DNA of 40,314 nucleotides from Gemmatimonadales bacterium (GTDB lineage Bacteria > Gemmatimonadota > Gemmatimonadetes > Gemmatimonadales > GWC2-71-9), in assembly GCA_041599395.1 (NCBI GenBank), contig JBFHWR010000001.1:1-40314 (forward strand), read 5' to 3'. This document shows, one piece after another, positions 15,760 through 26,766 of the stretch. The notes below the pieces were generated by a model. That model made no database searches and was not told where the DNA came from. It was given only the letters and a program-made list of their open reading frames with translations. Numbering within the stretch: the first letter of the stretch is position 1; every line of letters begins with the position of its first letter. Position numbers and translations under genes: made by a program.

Positions 15760-17355
15760 CTACTCCTCCGAGGCCACTTCGACCGACGACTCGGCCGCCG
15801 CCTGGTAATCCTTGATCTTGCGATAGAGTGTCCGCTCCCCGATGCCGAGCTTCTCCGCGGCGCGGCGACGATTGCCTCTCGTCTCCGTGAGCACCGCCTC
15901 GATCGCCGCGCGTTCCACGTCCGCCATTTTCATCCCCGGCCGGTATACCACTTGCCCCTCCGCTTCCGGCGCCACCCGCTGGTCCAGAGGTTCATCGCCG
16001 CCCGCGCCGCCCACGCCCCCCACGCCGCCCGGCACGATCTCCTCATACTGCACCGGCGCACCACGACCCACATCGATCACTTCCACGCGCTGCGGCCCCT
16101 CCTCGAAGCGATGCCGCAGGTCCTCGACTTGCAGTTTCAGTTCCACCAGCGTCCGGAAGATGAACTCCAGCTCCTTGCCGGGTATTTCCCGCATCTGACT
16201 TGGCAGCGGCATGGGCAATAACCGCGACCCGCCTTCACGGACATCGGCAGGGATGTCACTCGGTTTGATCTCGGCGCCCGGCGCAAGCACCACCATCGAA
16301 TCGATCAAGTTCCGAAGCTGACGGACGTTGCCGGGCCAATGCGCGTTCACCAGGATATCCATCGCTTCCGGCGAGATCCCTCGGAACGAGCGCCCGTGTT
16401 GCTCGCTCAGCTCCCGCACGAAACGCTTCACCAAGATCGGGACGTCGCTCTTCCGTTCCCGGAGCGGGGGCAGATAGAACCGGAGCACATTGAGACGGAA
16501 AAAGAGATCTTCGCGAAACTCACCGACCGCGACGCGCTCGTTGAGTGGCTTGTTGGTGGCGGCGACGACGCGTACGTCCACGCGGATCGGTACGGTACCG
16601 CCCACACGGTAGAACGCGCGGCTCTCCAACACCCGAAGCAGTTTGACCTGGGTGGAGAGCGGCATCTCACCCACCTCATCGAGCAGCAGCGTACCGCCGT
16701 CCGCCAATTCGAAACGGCCCAGTCTCCGTTCGGCGGCGCCGGTGAACGAGCCCTTCTCGTGACCGAACAGCTCCGACTCGAGCAGCGATTCCGGGAGTGC
16801 CGAACAGTTGACGGCGATGAACGGACCTGCACGCCGCGGGGACAGCATGTGAATCGCCTGCGCGACGAGTTCCTTCCCGGTGCCGGATTCGCCCTCGATG
16901 AGAACTGTGCTCGACACGGGCGCGATCTGCTCGATTTTGATCAGGACCTCGTGAATCGCGGGACTCTCACCGATGATCCCCGTGCGTTCCTGCAGGCGGC
17001 GCCGTTCGATGAGCCGGCGCGCCGCCGCCACAATGTCGCGCGGGTCGGCCGGCTTCGGCATCCACGCCGTCAGGCCCAGCCGGCGCGCGAGTTCCAGAGG
17101 ATCGCGGTCACCCGGCTCCTCGAGGCCTACCGTGGAAATGGACGCATCCCGCGCGAGCGCGATGAGTTGCGCCGCACGGTGCTCGCGCAACCCGCCCGTG
17201 AGGATGACGACGTCCGGCGGTCCTGCGCGCATGATACCTCGTACGTCATCCATTGACGACACCATGACGGTCTCGAAGTCCGCATTCTCGAACGCCGCGT
17301 TGGTGGGGACCGCGGTTTCGAGATCATCCATGGTAATCAGGGCTCGGTCGGGCAT
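15760..17355 (-). CDS. Sigma54-dependent transcriptional activator (NtrC family) with atypical receiver domain
   Basis: Walker [15 protein letters not shown]-type loop [16 protein letters not shown]-terminal Fis-type HTH ([17 protein letters not shown]). The N-terminal receiver-like fold has DD and K, but the phospho-acceptor position reads DVVILTGGL (Thr, not Asp). Confidence 0.9.
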   Translation of the reverse strand: MPDRALITMDDLETAVPTNAAFENADFETVMVSSMDDVRGIMRAGPPDVVILTGGLREHRAAQLIALARDASISTVGLEEPGDRDPLELARRLGLTAWMPKPADPRDIVAAARRLIERRRLQERTGIIGESPAIHEVLIKIEQIAPVSSTVLIEGESGTGKELVAQAIHMLSPRRAGPFIAVNCSALPESLLESELFGHEKGSFTGAAERRLGRFELADGGTLLLDEVGEMPLSTQVKLLRVLESRAFYRVGGTVPIRVDVRVVAATNKPLNERVAVGEFREDLFFRLNVLRFYLPPLRERKSDVPILVKRFVRELSEQHGRSFRGISPEAMDILVNAHWPGNVRQLRNLIDSMVVLAPGAEIKPSDIPADVREGGSRLLPMPLPSQMREIPGKELEFIFRTLVELKLQVEDLRHRFEEGPQRVEVIDVGRGAPVQYEEIVPGGVGGVGGAGGDEPLDQRVAPEAEGQVVYRPGMKMADVERAAIEAVLTETRGNRRRAAEKLGIGERTLYRKIKDYQAAAESSVEVASEE

Positions 17356-17840
17356 CAGTGATCCGTCGGCTCGCGTCTCAAGAGTTGCACGGCATGCTCG
17401 ATCACCGGTTCGAGCGTCGCCATGCCATCCTTCACGCCACCAGGACTCCCGGGCAGGTTGACAATCAGCGATGCCTTGCGGATTCCCGCAACGGCACGTG
17501 ACAGTATCGTTCTCGCCATTGCCCCACGCGCATCGGCGCGCATCGCCTCCGCAATTCCCGGCGCATCGCGCTCCACGACTGTCCGAGTGGCTTCCGGTGT
17601 CACATCACGTGGCCCGAAGCCCGTGCCGCCGGTCGTGAGAATCACATCGGCCACCGCCTCGTCCGCCCAGCGTATGAGCACACCGGCGATCAAATCCGTT
17701 TCATCCGGTACCACATCACGATCCACCAGCTCGTACCCGCGCCGCTCTACCCACTGCACGATTGCATCTCCCGACGTGTCGTCACGCTTTCCCGCGGCGC
17801 TCAGATCGGAGACGGTGAGCACGGCAACCCGGACGTTCAT
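17355..17840 (-). CDS. mog: Molybdenum cofactor biosynthesis protein, MogA/MoaB family
   Basis: 161 aa, [17 protein letters not shown] motif. Its stop overlaps the activator ATG by 1 nt (TGATG). Confidence 0.85.
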   Translation of the reverse strand: MNVRVAVLTVSDLSAAGKRDDTSGDAIVQWVERRGYELVDRDVVPDETDLIAGVLIRWADEAVADVILTTGGTGFGPRDVTPEATRTVVERDAPGIAEAMRADARGAMARTILSRAVAGIRKASLIVNLPGSPGGVKDGMATLEPVIEHAVQLLRREPTDH

Positions 17841-17855
17841 CCGCTCAACCCGCGA

Positions 17856-18968
17856 TTACGTCCGTTTGACGCTTCCGCCCTTGTAGAAGGGCATCTTTAC
17901 CACGCTCGCAGGCACACGTTTGCCCCGGCAATCGATTTCGATTGCCGTGCCCGGCTCAACCGAGTGGTGCGGCAAGTATGTCGTGCCGATACCGTGTTTC
18001 AGCGTGGGGCTGAACCCGCCACTCCGCACGACGTCGACCTTATGCCCGTTCAAGTACACGTCATACCCCTGCCGCGGGATGGCGCTCTTTTCACCCACCG
18101 TGAACCCGACCAGCCTTCGCCGAGGCCCGCCGCTGCTCTTGATCGTTTGAAGCGCCGGTAATCCTACAAAGGGCGCCCCTTTGTTCAGTTTGACGATCCA
18201 ACCCAAGTTTGCTTCGTACGGATTGACCGTGTCATCGATGTCGTTGCCGTAAAGCGCCAGCCCGGCCTCCAGCCGCAGGGTGTCACGCGCTCCGAGTCCG
18301 ATTGGAGCGGCGCGGCCGTGACCAACCAACGCATTCCACATCGTCGTAGCCGATGCCGGCCGAAAATACAGTTCAAACCCGTCTTCGCCGGTGTAGCCAG
18401 TGCGTGAAATGAAACAGTCGATGCCTGCCACCTGGCCGATCTCGAACCGGTAATAGCCGAGTTGCGCGACGTCGGTCGAGGTGAGCGACGCGACCAACTG
18501 TTCGGCTTTTGGTCCTTGCACCGCGAGCAAGACCACCTGCTCGGAAATATCCTTCATGCGTACGTTGATCGTCCCCTTCTTGGCGATGATGTGCGCCCAA
18601 TCTTTGGCGATGTTCGCTGCATTGACGACGAGCATGATCCGGTCGTCGAACCGGTAGACCAGCAGATCGTCGACGAACGTCCCTTCGTCGGTCAGCAATG
18701 CCGAGTAGTGAGCCTGACCTTCATCCAGGCGAGACACATCGTTGGACGTCAGCCGGTTCACAAACGCATTCCGATCCGGTCCCGAGATCTCAAACTCGCC
18801 CATATGAGACACGTCAAACACGCCAACAGCCGTGCGCACGGTCTCGTGCTCCTTGGTGACGCCATCGTACTGGAGAGGCATCTCGAACCCGGCGAATGGA
18901 ACCATCTTCGCCCTGAGTGAGACGTGCACCTCGTGGAGCGGTGTCCGCTTCAGTGTTTCCGTACCCAT
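17856..18968 (-). CDS. gcvT: Glycine cleavage system T protein (aminomethyltransferase)
   Basis: LKRTPLHEVH...MVPFAGFEMPLQY N-terminus with full-length similarity pattern. ATG 18968 with GGAAAGGA upstream is preferred over the track GTG 18983. Confidence 0.9.
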   Translation of the reverse strand: MGTETLKRTPLHEVHVSLRAKMVPFAGFEMPLQYDGVTKEHETVRTAVGVFDVSHMGEFEISGPDRNAFVNRLTSNDVSRLDEGQAHYSALLTDEGTFVDDLLVYRFDDRIMLVVNAANIAKDWAHIIAKKGTINVRMKDISEQVVLLAVQGPKAEQLVASLTSTDVAQLGYYRFEIGQVAGIDCFISRTGYTGEDGFELYFRPASATTMWNALVGHGRAAPIGLGARDTLRLEAGLALYGNDIDDTVNPYEANLGWIVKLNKGAPFVGLPALQTIKSSGGPRRRLVGFTVGEKSAIPRQGYDVYLNGHKVDVVRSGGFSPTLKHGIGTTYLPHHSVEPGTAIEIDCRGKRVPASVVKMPFYKGGSVKRT

Positions 18969-18969
18969 T

Positions 18970-19878
18970 TCAGTCCTTTCCACCCATCAGCGTTACGAGT
19001 AGCGCCTTTTGCACGTGGAGCCGGTTCTCGGCTTGATCGAATACTCGAGACTGCGGCCCTTCGAAAACGGCAGCGGTCACTTCTTCACCGCGGTGGGCCG
19101 GTAAGCAGTGGAGAAAGATGGCGTCGGGGTGCGCCCGCTTCATCAAGGATTCGTCTACCGTATAGCCCGCAAACGCTCGCTCCCGCTCGTCGGCCTCGCC
19201 CTCTTGGCCCATCGACGCCCACACGTCCGTGTTCACGACGTCAGCATCCTCTACCGCCTCCGCTGGATTGCGGGACAGCGAAACGGTCGTCGCCACTCGC
19301 GCGGCTTCCAGTACCGCCGCATCGGGGTCGTATCCCTCGGGGCAGGCGAGCTTGAGCTCGAACCCGAGCAACGTCGCCGCATTGAGCCACGAGTTCGCCA
19401 TGTTGTTCCCATCGCCGACCCAGGCGACGACCTTACCGCTCCATGTGCCCAACGCTTCCCGGATCGTGAACACGTCAGAGAGCACCTGACACGGGTGCAG
19501 CAGGTCGGTGAGCCCGTTGATCACCGGAATGGTCGCGTAACGCGCCAGCTCCTCGACATCACGGTGATCGAACGTGCGGATCATGATGCCATCGACATAG
19601 CGCGAGAGCACACGCGCCGTATCGGCAATCGGCTCGCCGCGACCCAGCTGGATGTCCCGCGCCGACAGGAACAGGGCGCTCCCCCCGAGCTGATACGCGC
19701 CGACCTCAAACGACACCCGGGTCCGAGTGCTGCTCTTGGTGAACAACATCGCCAGGGTCTTGCCGGCGAGGGGGGTCCCGCGAAACCGGCCCGATTTCAG
19801 GTCCGCAGCGAGTCCCAGCAGGGTTGAGACCTCCTCCCGCGAGAGGTCAGACATCTTCAAGAAGTCACGTTTCGGCAT
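18970..19878 (-). CDS. argF: Ornithine carbamoyltransferase
   Basis: STRTRVSFE, HPCQ, DVWASMG, HCLPAHRGEE motifs. Confidence 0.9.
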   Translation of the reverse strand: MPKRDFLKMSDLSREEVSTLLGLAADLKSGRFRGTPLAGKTLAMLFTKSSTRTRVSFEVGAYQLGGSALFLSARDIQLGRGEPIADTARVLSRYVDGIMIRTFDHRDVEELARYATIPVINGLTDLLHPCQVLSDVFTIREALGTWSGKVVAWVGDGNNMANSWLNAATLLGFELKLACPEGYDPDAAVLEAARVATTVSLSRNPAEAVEDADVVNTDVWASMGQEGEADERERAFAGYTVDESLMKRAHPDAIFLHCLPAHRGEEVTAAVFEGPQSRVFDQAENRLHVQKALLVTLMGGKD

Positions 19879-19972
19879 GTTTCAGGCACAGACGTGCGTC
19901 AAAATGACAGGTTTTGGAGAAAAGGATTGTAGCTGAGCTGAGGGGAGGTGTAAAGACGGACGAACCGCGTCG

Positions 19973-21520
19973 TTACAGGATGAACTTCCGGAGGTCCTCG
20001 TCTTCTACGATTCTCATGAGTCGTTCGCGGGCCAAGTCGCTTCCGATGACCAGGTTCTTGTCCGGAATATCCGGAAGCTCGAACAGAATGTCTTCGAGCA
20101 GGGTGGTCATGACGGTATGCAGCCGCCGCGCGCCGATGTTTTCCATCCGTTCGTTCATGAGCATCGCGATACGGGCGATCTCTTGGACGCCGTCCGGCGT
20201 GAATTCGAGCGTGGCCTGTTCAGCGTAGCAGAGCGCTTGATACTGTTTGATGAGCGAGTTTTCCGGCTCGGTCATGATCCGAACGAAATCATCCGCGGTG
20301 AGCGGCGACAGCTCCACGCGAATGGGGAATCGGCCCTGCAACTCCGGAATGAGATCGGACGGTTTTGCGACATGAAACGCGCCGGCTGCTATGAACAAAA
20401 TGTGATCGGTCGCGACGTAACCGTAGCGAGTCTGGACCGTGGACCCTTCGACGACCGGCAAGAGGTCGCGTTGCACACCCTCGCGGGACACATCCGGACC
20501 GGCCTGCCCGCGCTCACCGGCGATCTTGTCCAGCTCATCGACGAAGATGATGCCGTGGTTCTCGACGCGGTCGAGCGATTCGTTCACCACGTCATCCATA
20601 TCGACCAGCTTTTTCAGTTCTTCGTCGATGAGAATGCGGCGGGCATCGCTCACGCGCACGACGCGGCGTTTGGTGCGCTTGGGAAGAAAATCCTGCAGCG
20701 CCTCGGTGAGGTTGACATCCGGCTGGTCCATCCCCGGTTGCGACTGCATGAAATCCAGGATCGGAATTCCCTGCTGGGTGATCTCGATCTCGACTTCCCG
20801 GTCCTCCATCTTCCCATCCTTGAGGAGCTGACGGAGCTTTTCGCGCGTGCGCTTATGCCGCTCGGGGGTACTCTCGTCGCCTTCGGTTTCACGCTCGGCA
20901 CCGGACGCACCACCCGGGCGCACTTCCCCTCTCGATGACACCACGAACAGCGGGCGGGTTTCGGCCTCATCATCAGATTCTCGTTCTTCTGAGGCCTTGA
21001 GACCGGCGGCACGCTTGGATGGTTGCTTGGGAGGAGGCGGCAACAAGAGGTCCAGCAGCCGCTCCTCAGCCCGCTGCTCCGCGGTTGGGAACACTTCGTC
21101 TTCGCGCTCCCCACGCACCATGTTGATCGCCGAGTCGACCAGGTCGCGAACCATGGATTCCACGTCCCGGCCCACGTACCCAACCTCGGTGAACTTCGAC
21201 GCTTCCACTTTGATGAACGGCGCGCCGGCGAGCCGCGCCAAACGCCGTGCGATCTCCGTTTTGCCAACACCCGTCGGTCCGATCATGATGATGTTGTTGG
21301 GCAGGATCTCGTCGCGGATGTCTTCCGGCGCCCGTTGGCGCCGCCAGCGGTTCCGAATTGCAATCGCGACGGCCTTCTTGGCGTCACGCTGACCGACGAT
21401 GTACCGATCCAGCTCGGCGACGATTTGCCGGGGCGCGAGCTCTTCGAGCCAGGGCGCCGGATCGGGGCTGTGCACCGCGCGGGTGTCTTTCTGATCGAAA
21501 GCTTCAACCTTGATACTCAT
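19973..21520 (-). CDS. hslU: ATP-dependent protease ATPase subunit HslU
   Basis: [25 protein letters not shown], Walker [17 protein letters not shown]-terminal [19 protein letters not shown] 21520 (the track start 21523 is TTG). Long acidic I-domain. Confidence 0.95.
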   Translation of the reverse strand: MSIKVEAFDQKDTRAVHSPDPAPWLEELAPRQIVAELDRYIVGQRDAKKAVAIAIRNRWRRQRAPEDIRDEILPNNIIMIGPTGVGKTEIARRLARLAGAPFIKVEASKFTEVGYVGRDVESMVRDLVDSAINMVRGEREDEVFPTAEQRAEERLLDLLLPPPPKQPSKRAAGLKASEERESDDEAETRPLFVVSSRGEVRPGGASGAERETEGDESTPERHKRTREKLRQLLKDGKMEDREVEIEITQQGIPILDFMQSQPGMDQPDVNLTEALQDFLPKRTKRRVVRVSDARRILIDEELKKLVDMDDVVNESLDRVENHGIIFVDELDKIAGERGQAGPDVSREGVQRDLLPVVEGSTVQTRYGYVATDHILFIAAGAFHVAKPSDLIPELQGRFPIRVELSPLTADDFVRIMTEPENSLIKQYQALCYAEQATLEFTPDGVQEIARIAMLMNERMENIGARRLHTVMTTLLEDILFELPDIPDKNLVIGSDLARERLMRIVEDEDLRKFIL

Positions 21521-21559
21521 CAACGCATTCCAGTTGTTGCCCGCCCTGGAGCCGCCATT

Positions 21560-22099
21560 TTAGTCCAGCTCCAAGAGGGTGATGTTGTCGTTGGTAAACA
21601 CGCAGATCCCCGCCGCGATGACTAGGCTCTGCTGCACGATATCCTGGGCAGAGAGATCCGAGTGGGCCGCCAACGCACGGGCGGCGGCGAGTGCGTAGTT
21701 GCCGCCACTCCCAATGCCAACCATTCCGTCATCTGGCTCGATCAGTTCGCCGGAGCCGCTCACGACAAATGAATGCTCCAGATTGGCAACAACGAGCAGC
21801 GCTTCCAAGCGGCGAAGCACCCGATCGCTGCGCCAATCCTTGGCTAACTCGACCACGGCACGCTGCAGGTTGCCGGGAAATCGCTCGAGCTTTTCTTCGA
21901 AGCGCTCGAACAGCGTAAACGCGTCCGCCGCAGCCCCGGCAAACCCGGCCAACACCTTTCCGTCGGCCAGCAACCGGATCTTCTTGGCGTTCGCCTTCAT
22001 GACCGTCTCGCCGACCGTGACCTGCCCGTCACCGCCCATGGCGACCCGGCCATTTTTGCGCACGCTGAGAATCGTCGTCGCGTGGGTGGGGTGTTGCAT
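21560..22099 (-). CDS. hslV: ATP-dependent protease subunit HslV
   Basis: [22 protein letters not shown]-terminal Thr nucleophile region. AGGAGG upstream of ATG 22099. Confidence 0.95.
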   Translation of the reverse strand: MQHPTHATTILSVRKNGRVAMGGDGQVTVGETVMKANAKKIRLLADGKVLAGFAGAAADAFTLFERFEEKLERFPGNLQRAVVELAKDWRSDRVLRRLEALLVVANLEHSFVVSGSGELIEPDDGMVGIGSGGNYALAAARALAAHSDLSAQDIVQQSLVIAAGICVFTNDNITLLELD

Positions 22100-22106
22100 G
22101 AGCCTC

Positions 22107-23033
22107 CTACGCCCGCGGATGCGCGTCTTGGTATACCTTCTTCAGACGCTCGACACTCGTATGAGTATACACTTGTGTCGTACTCAGTGAAGCGTGCCCC
22201 AGGAGTTCCTGAACGGAACGGAGATCCGCGCCCGCGTCGAGCAAGTGCGTGGCGAAACTGTGGCGCAGGCTGTGCACCTTGAATCCGGAACTCTCGTCCA
22301 ACGTCCCGAGCCATCGCCTGACGATCAGTTGCACGCCGCGGGGCGAGAGCCGCTTGGCCCGTCGCGAGAGAAAGACCGCTCGTTTGTCGCCGCCGAGCAC
22401 GCGCTGCAACAGGTCATCGCGCAATTCGAAGTACTGACGCAGAGCACGGGTCGCGTATCCTCCAAGGGGGACGATCCGTTCCTTCTTGCCCTTGCCGCGC
22501 GCCTTGACTTGATCCGACACGAGGTCGATGTCCCCCATGTTGAGACCTGCAAGCTCGGCAAGGCGGAGTCCGGTCGAGTAGAACACCTCCAACATCGCGA
22601 GGTCCCTGAGCGGCCCGAACCCGCCATCCGCCGCCACCTGGTGGGCATACTCGAACATCATGTCCACCTGCGCGCGGTCGAGCACGGCGGGGAGTCGCTT
22701 GTCCTGTTTCGGAAGCTTGACCGCCGCGGCCGGATTGACGTCGATGTTGTAGTGATTGTTCAAGAACTGATAGAAGCTCCGGAGGGCCGAGATCGCCCGC
22801 GCAACCGAGCGCTTGGCGAGTCCCCGTCGCACCAAGTCACCCATGAACCCTCGCACGGTGAGGCGGTCCACCGACGCCCATTCCCAGGTTGGATCACCAA
22901 AGTACCGGTCGCCGAATGACTGAAACGCCAGGAGGTCGCGGCGGTAGGCCTTGACCGTGTGGACGGAATCATTCCGCTCCTTTTCCAAATACTCGAGGAA
23001 CTGGCTGATCTCGGGGCGCTGAGCGTCCGTCAC
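22107..23033 (-). CDS. xerC: Tyrosine recombinase XerC/XerD family
   Basis: N-terminal SAM-like [26 protein letters not shown]. Catalytic region ...[12 protein letters not shown]...[14 protein letters not shown]. Start set at GTG 23033, overlapping the trmFO stop (GTGA). The longer track ORF (to 23531) overlaps trmFO. Confidence 0.85.
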   Translation of the reverse strand: MTDAQRPEISQFLEYLEKERNDSVHTVKAYRRDLLAFQSFGDRYFGDPTWEWASVDRLTVRGFMGDLVRRGLAKRSVARAISALRSFYQFLNNHYNIDVNPAAAVKLPKQDKRLPAVLDRAQVDMMFEYAHQVAADGGFGPLRDLAMLEVFYSTGLRLAELAGLNMGDIDLVSDQVKARGKGKKERIVPLGGYATRALRQYFELRDDLLQRVLGGDKRAVFLSRRAKRLSPRGVQLIVRRWLGTLDESSGFKVHSLRHSFATHLLDAGADLRSVQELLGHASLSTTQVYTHTSVERLKKVYQDAHPRA

Positions 23034-24343
23034 ACTCCCACCGCGGCCGTCTGTTCCGCGAACACGCGCATCGCCGCGAGCGCGCGTTGGGACAGGCGTT
23101 CGCGTTTGACCCGCTTGTCGCGCACCGGCTGCTCGAGGGGCGGTACCAGACCGAAGTTCGCGTTCATCGGTTGAAAGTCCGTTGGGTCTGCTCCGTGAAG
23201 ATAACGCAGCAGGGATCCCAACATCGTGTCCGGCGGCGGAACAATGGGTGTCCGTCCTTCCAGCAGCCTCGCGAGGTTGATACCCGCCAGGAGGCCCGTA
23301 GCCGCCGATTCGGTGTATCCTTCGCCGCCGACGAGCTGGCCGGCGAACAACAGGCACTCGTCGTCCTTGGCCGACAAGTACGGGGTGAGCGCCGCCGGCG
23401 TGTTGAGGTATGTATTGCGGTGGATGGACCCGAACCGATAGAACTCCGCGTCGGCCAATCCCGGAATCATCCGGAAGATGCGCCGTTGCTCCGGAATGCG
23501 GAGCCGTGTTTGAAACCCAACCAGGTTCCACATCTGCGCGGCTTCGTCTTCCTGTCGCAACTGCACGACCGCGTACGGCACGCGTCCAGTGCGTGGGTCC
23601 GGCAAACCGACCGGCTTCATCGGCCCGAAGCGGAGTGTCTCGCGCCCACGAGCCGCCATCTCTTCAATCGGCAGGCACCCCTCGAAGTACGGCACACGAT
23701 CAAACTCGTGTCCCGGATACTGATCACCCTCCAGCAACGCATCGATGAACGCATTGTATTCCGCTTTGGAGAGCGGAGCGTTCCAGAAATCGGTTCCTCC
23801 TCCCTTCCCGTACCGCGAGAGCCGGTAGAGCCGCGTTTCATCGAGCGACTCCGTACTCACGATCGGCGCGATGGAGTCGTAGAATGCCAGCGCGTCGAGC
23901 CCAAGCCGTTGCGTGATGACCTCGGCCAGCCGATCGGAGGTCAGCGGTCCCGTGGCGATGATTGCGGGAGACGGGAGTTCTGTGACCTCGGCCCTGCGGA
24001 TGGTGACGTTGGGATGTGAGGATACACGGTCCGTTATGACTCGACTGAACACGTCCCGATCGACCGTGAGCGCGGTCCCACCCGGCAGCCGTGCGCGCTG
24101 TGCGACCTCCAACAACAAGCTGCCGAGTATCTCGATCTCCGCCTTGAGCAAGCCGTGGGCGTTGATCAGCTCGGTGGATTTGAAGGTGTTGCTGCAGACC
24201 AGCTCGGCCAGACGATCGGTTTGGTGCGCCGGTGTTGTGGTGTGTGGCCGCATCTCGAACAGCGTGACGTCGATGCCCCGCTCGGCGAGCGCCCACGCGG
24301 CCTCGCAGCCGGCCAGGCCGCCACCGACGACCGCTGCGTTCAC
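23030..24343 (-). CDS. trmFO: Methylenetetrahydrofolate--tRNA-(uracil-5-)-methyltransferase TrmFO
   Basis: VVGGGLAGCEAAWALAERGIDVTLFEMRP FAD-binding N-terminus with Gid/TrmFO-type length. GTG 24343 overlaps the topA stop (GTGA). Confidence 0.9.
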   Translation of the reverse strand: MNAAVVGGGLAGCEAAWALAERGIDVTLFEMRPHTTTPAHQTDRLAELVCSNTFKSTELINAHGLLKAEIEILGSLLLEVAQRARLPGGTALTVDRDVFSRVITDRVSSHPNVTIRRAEVTELPSPAIIATGPLTSDRLAEVITQRLGLDALAFYDSIAPIVSTESLDETRLYRLSRYGKGGGTDFWNAPLSKAEYNAFIDALLEGDQYPGHEFDRVPYFEGCLPIEEMAARGRETLRFGPMKPVGLPDPRTGRVPYAVVQLRQEDEAAQMWNLVGFQTRLRIPEQRRIFRMIPGLADAEFYRFGSIHRNTYLNTPAALTPYLSAKDDECLLFAGQLVGGEGYTESAATGLLAGINLARLLEGRTPIVPPPDTMLGSLLRYLHGADPTDFQPMNANFGLVPPLEQPVRDKRVKRERLSQRALAAMRVFAEQTAAVGV

Positions 24344-26607
24344 GAAGCCGCCTTGGCGGCGGACTCCTCCTCGATCTCGAATTTGTGCTCGCACGCGACA
24401 CAACGCCGATATTCGCCGCGCGCCTTGCTGGACCGCTTCTCAGCGCCCACGTATCCGCAACTCGGACACGTGTCCGGCACCGGCCGGTACCACGTCGAGA
24501 ACTCGCAGTCCGGATAGTTGGAGCACCCGAAGAACGAACGCCCGCGGCGGGTGCGGCGCTCGATCACGTCTCCCGTGCGGCACTGCGGACATTTCACGCC
24601 GAGCGGCAGCGGGCGAGTGTGCTTGCACTTGGGGTACTGCGTACACGCCAGGAACTCACCGTACCGTCCGGTCTTGATGACCATCGGCGCTTTGCACTCC
24701 TGGCAGATCTCGTCGGTGGGCCGATCCGGCACCTTATCCCGCTTGAGCGGCTTGGTGTATTTGCACTCCGGGTACGTGGTACAAGCAATGAAGGGTCCGA
24801 ACCGCCCGCTCTTTACCGTGAGCTTCCCGCCGCACTCCGGACACGGTTCCTTCTCGATTTCGTCCACGTCGTGGGCTTCGCGAATCATCGCCGCGGTGTC
24901 CACCTTGTCGAGCGCTTTCTTGAACGGGCCATAGAAGTTCTCGAGCACCTTGCGCCACTTGAGTTCTCCCTCCTCGACCTTGTCCAGCTCCGTCTCCATC
25001 TCCGACGTGAACTCGACGTTGAACACATCCGGGAACCGGTTCACCAACACCTTGGAAACCGTCTCGCCCAGCTCCGTCGTGTGGAACCTGCGGTTCTCCA
25101 ACTTGACGTAGCTCCGTTCCCTGAGGGTCGACACGATGCTGCTGTAGGTGCTCGGACGTCCGATCCCGAGCGCTTCGAGATCTTTGACCAGGCTCGCCTC
25201 GCTGTACCGCGGCGGCGGCTCGGTGAAATGCTGCTTTGGAGTGATCCCGATGACCGTCGCCTTGTCTCCCTTGTCCAGGCTCGGGATCGGTGACAGGTCT
25301 TCGAAGGTGGGCTTCTCTTCTTTTTCCTTGGCCTCGGCGTAGAGCACATGAAACCCGTCGAACACGATCACCGATCCCGTCGCGCGGAAGAGATACTTGC
25401 CGATTTCGAAATCGAGGGTAGTCGTGTCGTACACGGCCGGCATCATCTGCGAGGCGACAAACCGTTGCCAGATGAGCTGATAGAGTTTGAACTGATCCGG
25501 CGTCAAATGCTTCTTCAGGTTCTTCGGCTGCCGATTCACGTCGGTGGGACGAATCGCCTCGTGCGCTTCCTGCGCCCGCGCGGCTTTTTTGACCTTGTAG
25601 ACGTTGGGCTTGGCCGGAAGGTACCGCTTGTCGTACGTCTCGAGAATGAACTCCCGCACGTGGTCGATGGCGCCCGGCGCAACGCGCGTCGAATCCGTTC
25701 GCATGTACGTGATCAGACCAACCGCTCCCTCGTCACCGAGTTCGATACCCTCGTACAGCTGCTGCGCAGCCGACATGGTGCGCCGCGAGGAGAATCCCAG
25801 CCGCTTGGACGCCTCTTGCTGCAACGTACTCGTGATGAACGGCGGCGCGGGGCGCTTGCGACGCTGTTTCCGGGTGACTGCCGAGACGACGAACGGTTTT
25901 CCTTTGACCGCCGTCACGACGGCCTTCGCGGCCTTTTCGTTTTTGAGAGTGGGTTTCTTGCCGCTGATCTTGTGCAGCTTCGCGACAAACTTCTTCTTTG
26001 CCGCCTCGAGTTCGGCCTCAATCGACCAATACTCTTCCGGCTTGAACGCGCGGATTTCGTTCTCGCGCTGGACAATCAGTCCGAGCGCAACGGTCTGCAC
26101 ACGCCCCGCCGACAGCCCGGCCTTCACCGAGCGCCACAGTAAGGGGCTCGCCTTGTACCCAACCAACCGATCGAGAATGCGGCGCGCCTGCTGGGCCTCG
26201 ACCTTTTTCTTGTCGATGCCAGCCGGGTTGTCCATTGCCTCGGCAACGGCATCCTTGGTGATCTCATGAAACAGCACGCGATGAACCCGCGCGCCATCGC
26301 CGATCTGGTCTCTCACGTGCCAGGCAATCGCCTCGCCCTCGCGATCGGGGTCCGTTGCCACGTAGACGGCCGACGACTCTTCGGCCGCTTTCTTCAGCTC
26401 GGCCAGCGTTTTCGCCTTACCTCGGATGGTCACGTACTTGGGCCGGAACCCCTTGTCGATCTCGACGCCCAGCTCACGGGGAGGGAGGTCGCGAATGTGT
26501 CCAACCGTGGCTTTCACCGTGTACCGCTTCCCAAGGAACCGGCCAATGGTCCGGGCCTTGGTCGGCGACTCGACGACCACCAGGGCGTTGTTCTGCTTCT
26601 TCACCAT
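24340..26607 (-). CDS. topA: DNA topoisomerase I
   Basis: LVVVESPTKARTIGRFLG Toprim start, active-site region, four C-terminal Cys4 zinc ribbons (CPECGG.., CQECKA.., CPQCRT.., CPSCGY..). ATG 26607 with AAGGA upstream is preferred over the track start 26682. Confidence 0.95.
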   Translation of the reverse strand: MVKKQNNALVVVESPTKARTIGRFLGKRYTVKATVGHIRDLPPRELGVEIDKGFRPKYVTIRGKAKTLAELKKAAEESSAVYVATDPDREGEAIAWHVRDQIGDGARVHRVLFHEITKDAVAEAMDNPAGIDKKKVEAQQARRILDRLVGYKASPLLWRSVKAGLSAGRVQTVALGLIVQRENEIRAFKPEEYWSIEAELEAAKKKFVAKLHKISGKKPTLKNEKAAKAVVTAVKGKPFVVSAVTRKQRRKRPAPPFITSTLQQEASKRLGFSSRRTMSAAQQLYEGIELGDEGAVGLITYMRTDSTRVAPGAIDHVREFILETYDKRYLPAKPNVYKVKKAARAQEAHEAIRPTDVNRQPKNLKKHLTPDQFKLYQLIWQRFVASQMMPAVYDTTTLDFEIGKYLFRATGSVIVFDGFHVLYAEAKEKEEKPTFEDLSPIPSLDKGDKATVIGITPKQHFTEPPPRYSEASLVKDLEALGIGRPSTYSSIVSTLRERSYVKLENRRFHTTELGETVSKVLVNRFPDVFNVEFTSEMETELDKVEEGELKWRKVLENFYGPFKKALDKVDTAAMIREAHDVDEIEKEPCPECGGKLTVKSGRFGPFIACTTYPECKYTKPLKRDKVPDRPTDEICQECKAPMVIKTGRYGEFLACTQYPKCKHTRPLPLGVKCPQCRTGDVIERRTRRGRSFFGCSNYPDCEFSTWYRPVPDTCPSCGYVGAEKRSSKARGEYRRCVACEHKFEIEEESAAKAAS

Positions 26608-26766
26608 AATCCTTATATCTACCTTACCTGTCGGGCGGGGATCCGCGAGGATCAAATGTGCCCCCGAAGGGAACATTTCCACCCGGCATTATCTGTAACA
26701 TCAATCACAACAAATACTTAGTTCGCCGATCCGGTTGATTGCCCCCGGATGAGGCGGGGCGGATTA

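Noticed and set aside
20650-21100. Enlarged, acidic I-domain insertion in HslU (516 aa)
   Set aside because: The HslU I-domain is naturally variable in length and composition. Nothing here indicates more than lineage-specific variation.
23034-23531. N-terminal 166-aa extension of the xerC track ORF
   Set aside because: It overlaps the 3' part of trmFO, is Arg/Gly/Pro-rich, and adds nothing resembling a recombinase domain. GTG 23033 gives a normal ~308-aa Xer protein with a GTGA overlap.
26654-26678. Hairpin AAAUGU.CCC-UUCGG-GGG.ACAUUU (minus strand) in the aroK-topA spacer
   Set aside because: The stem-loop is real (6+3 bp). It lacks a convincing U-tract, and I cannot distinguish a weak aroK terminator from a topA leader structure. 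Low information without transcript data.
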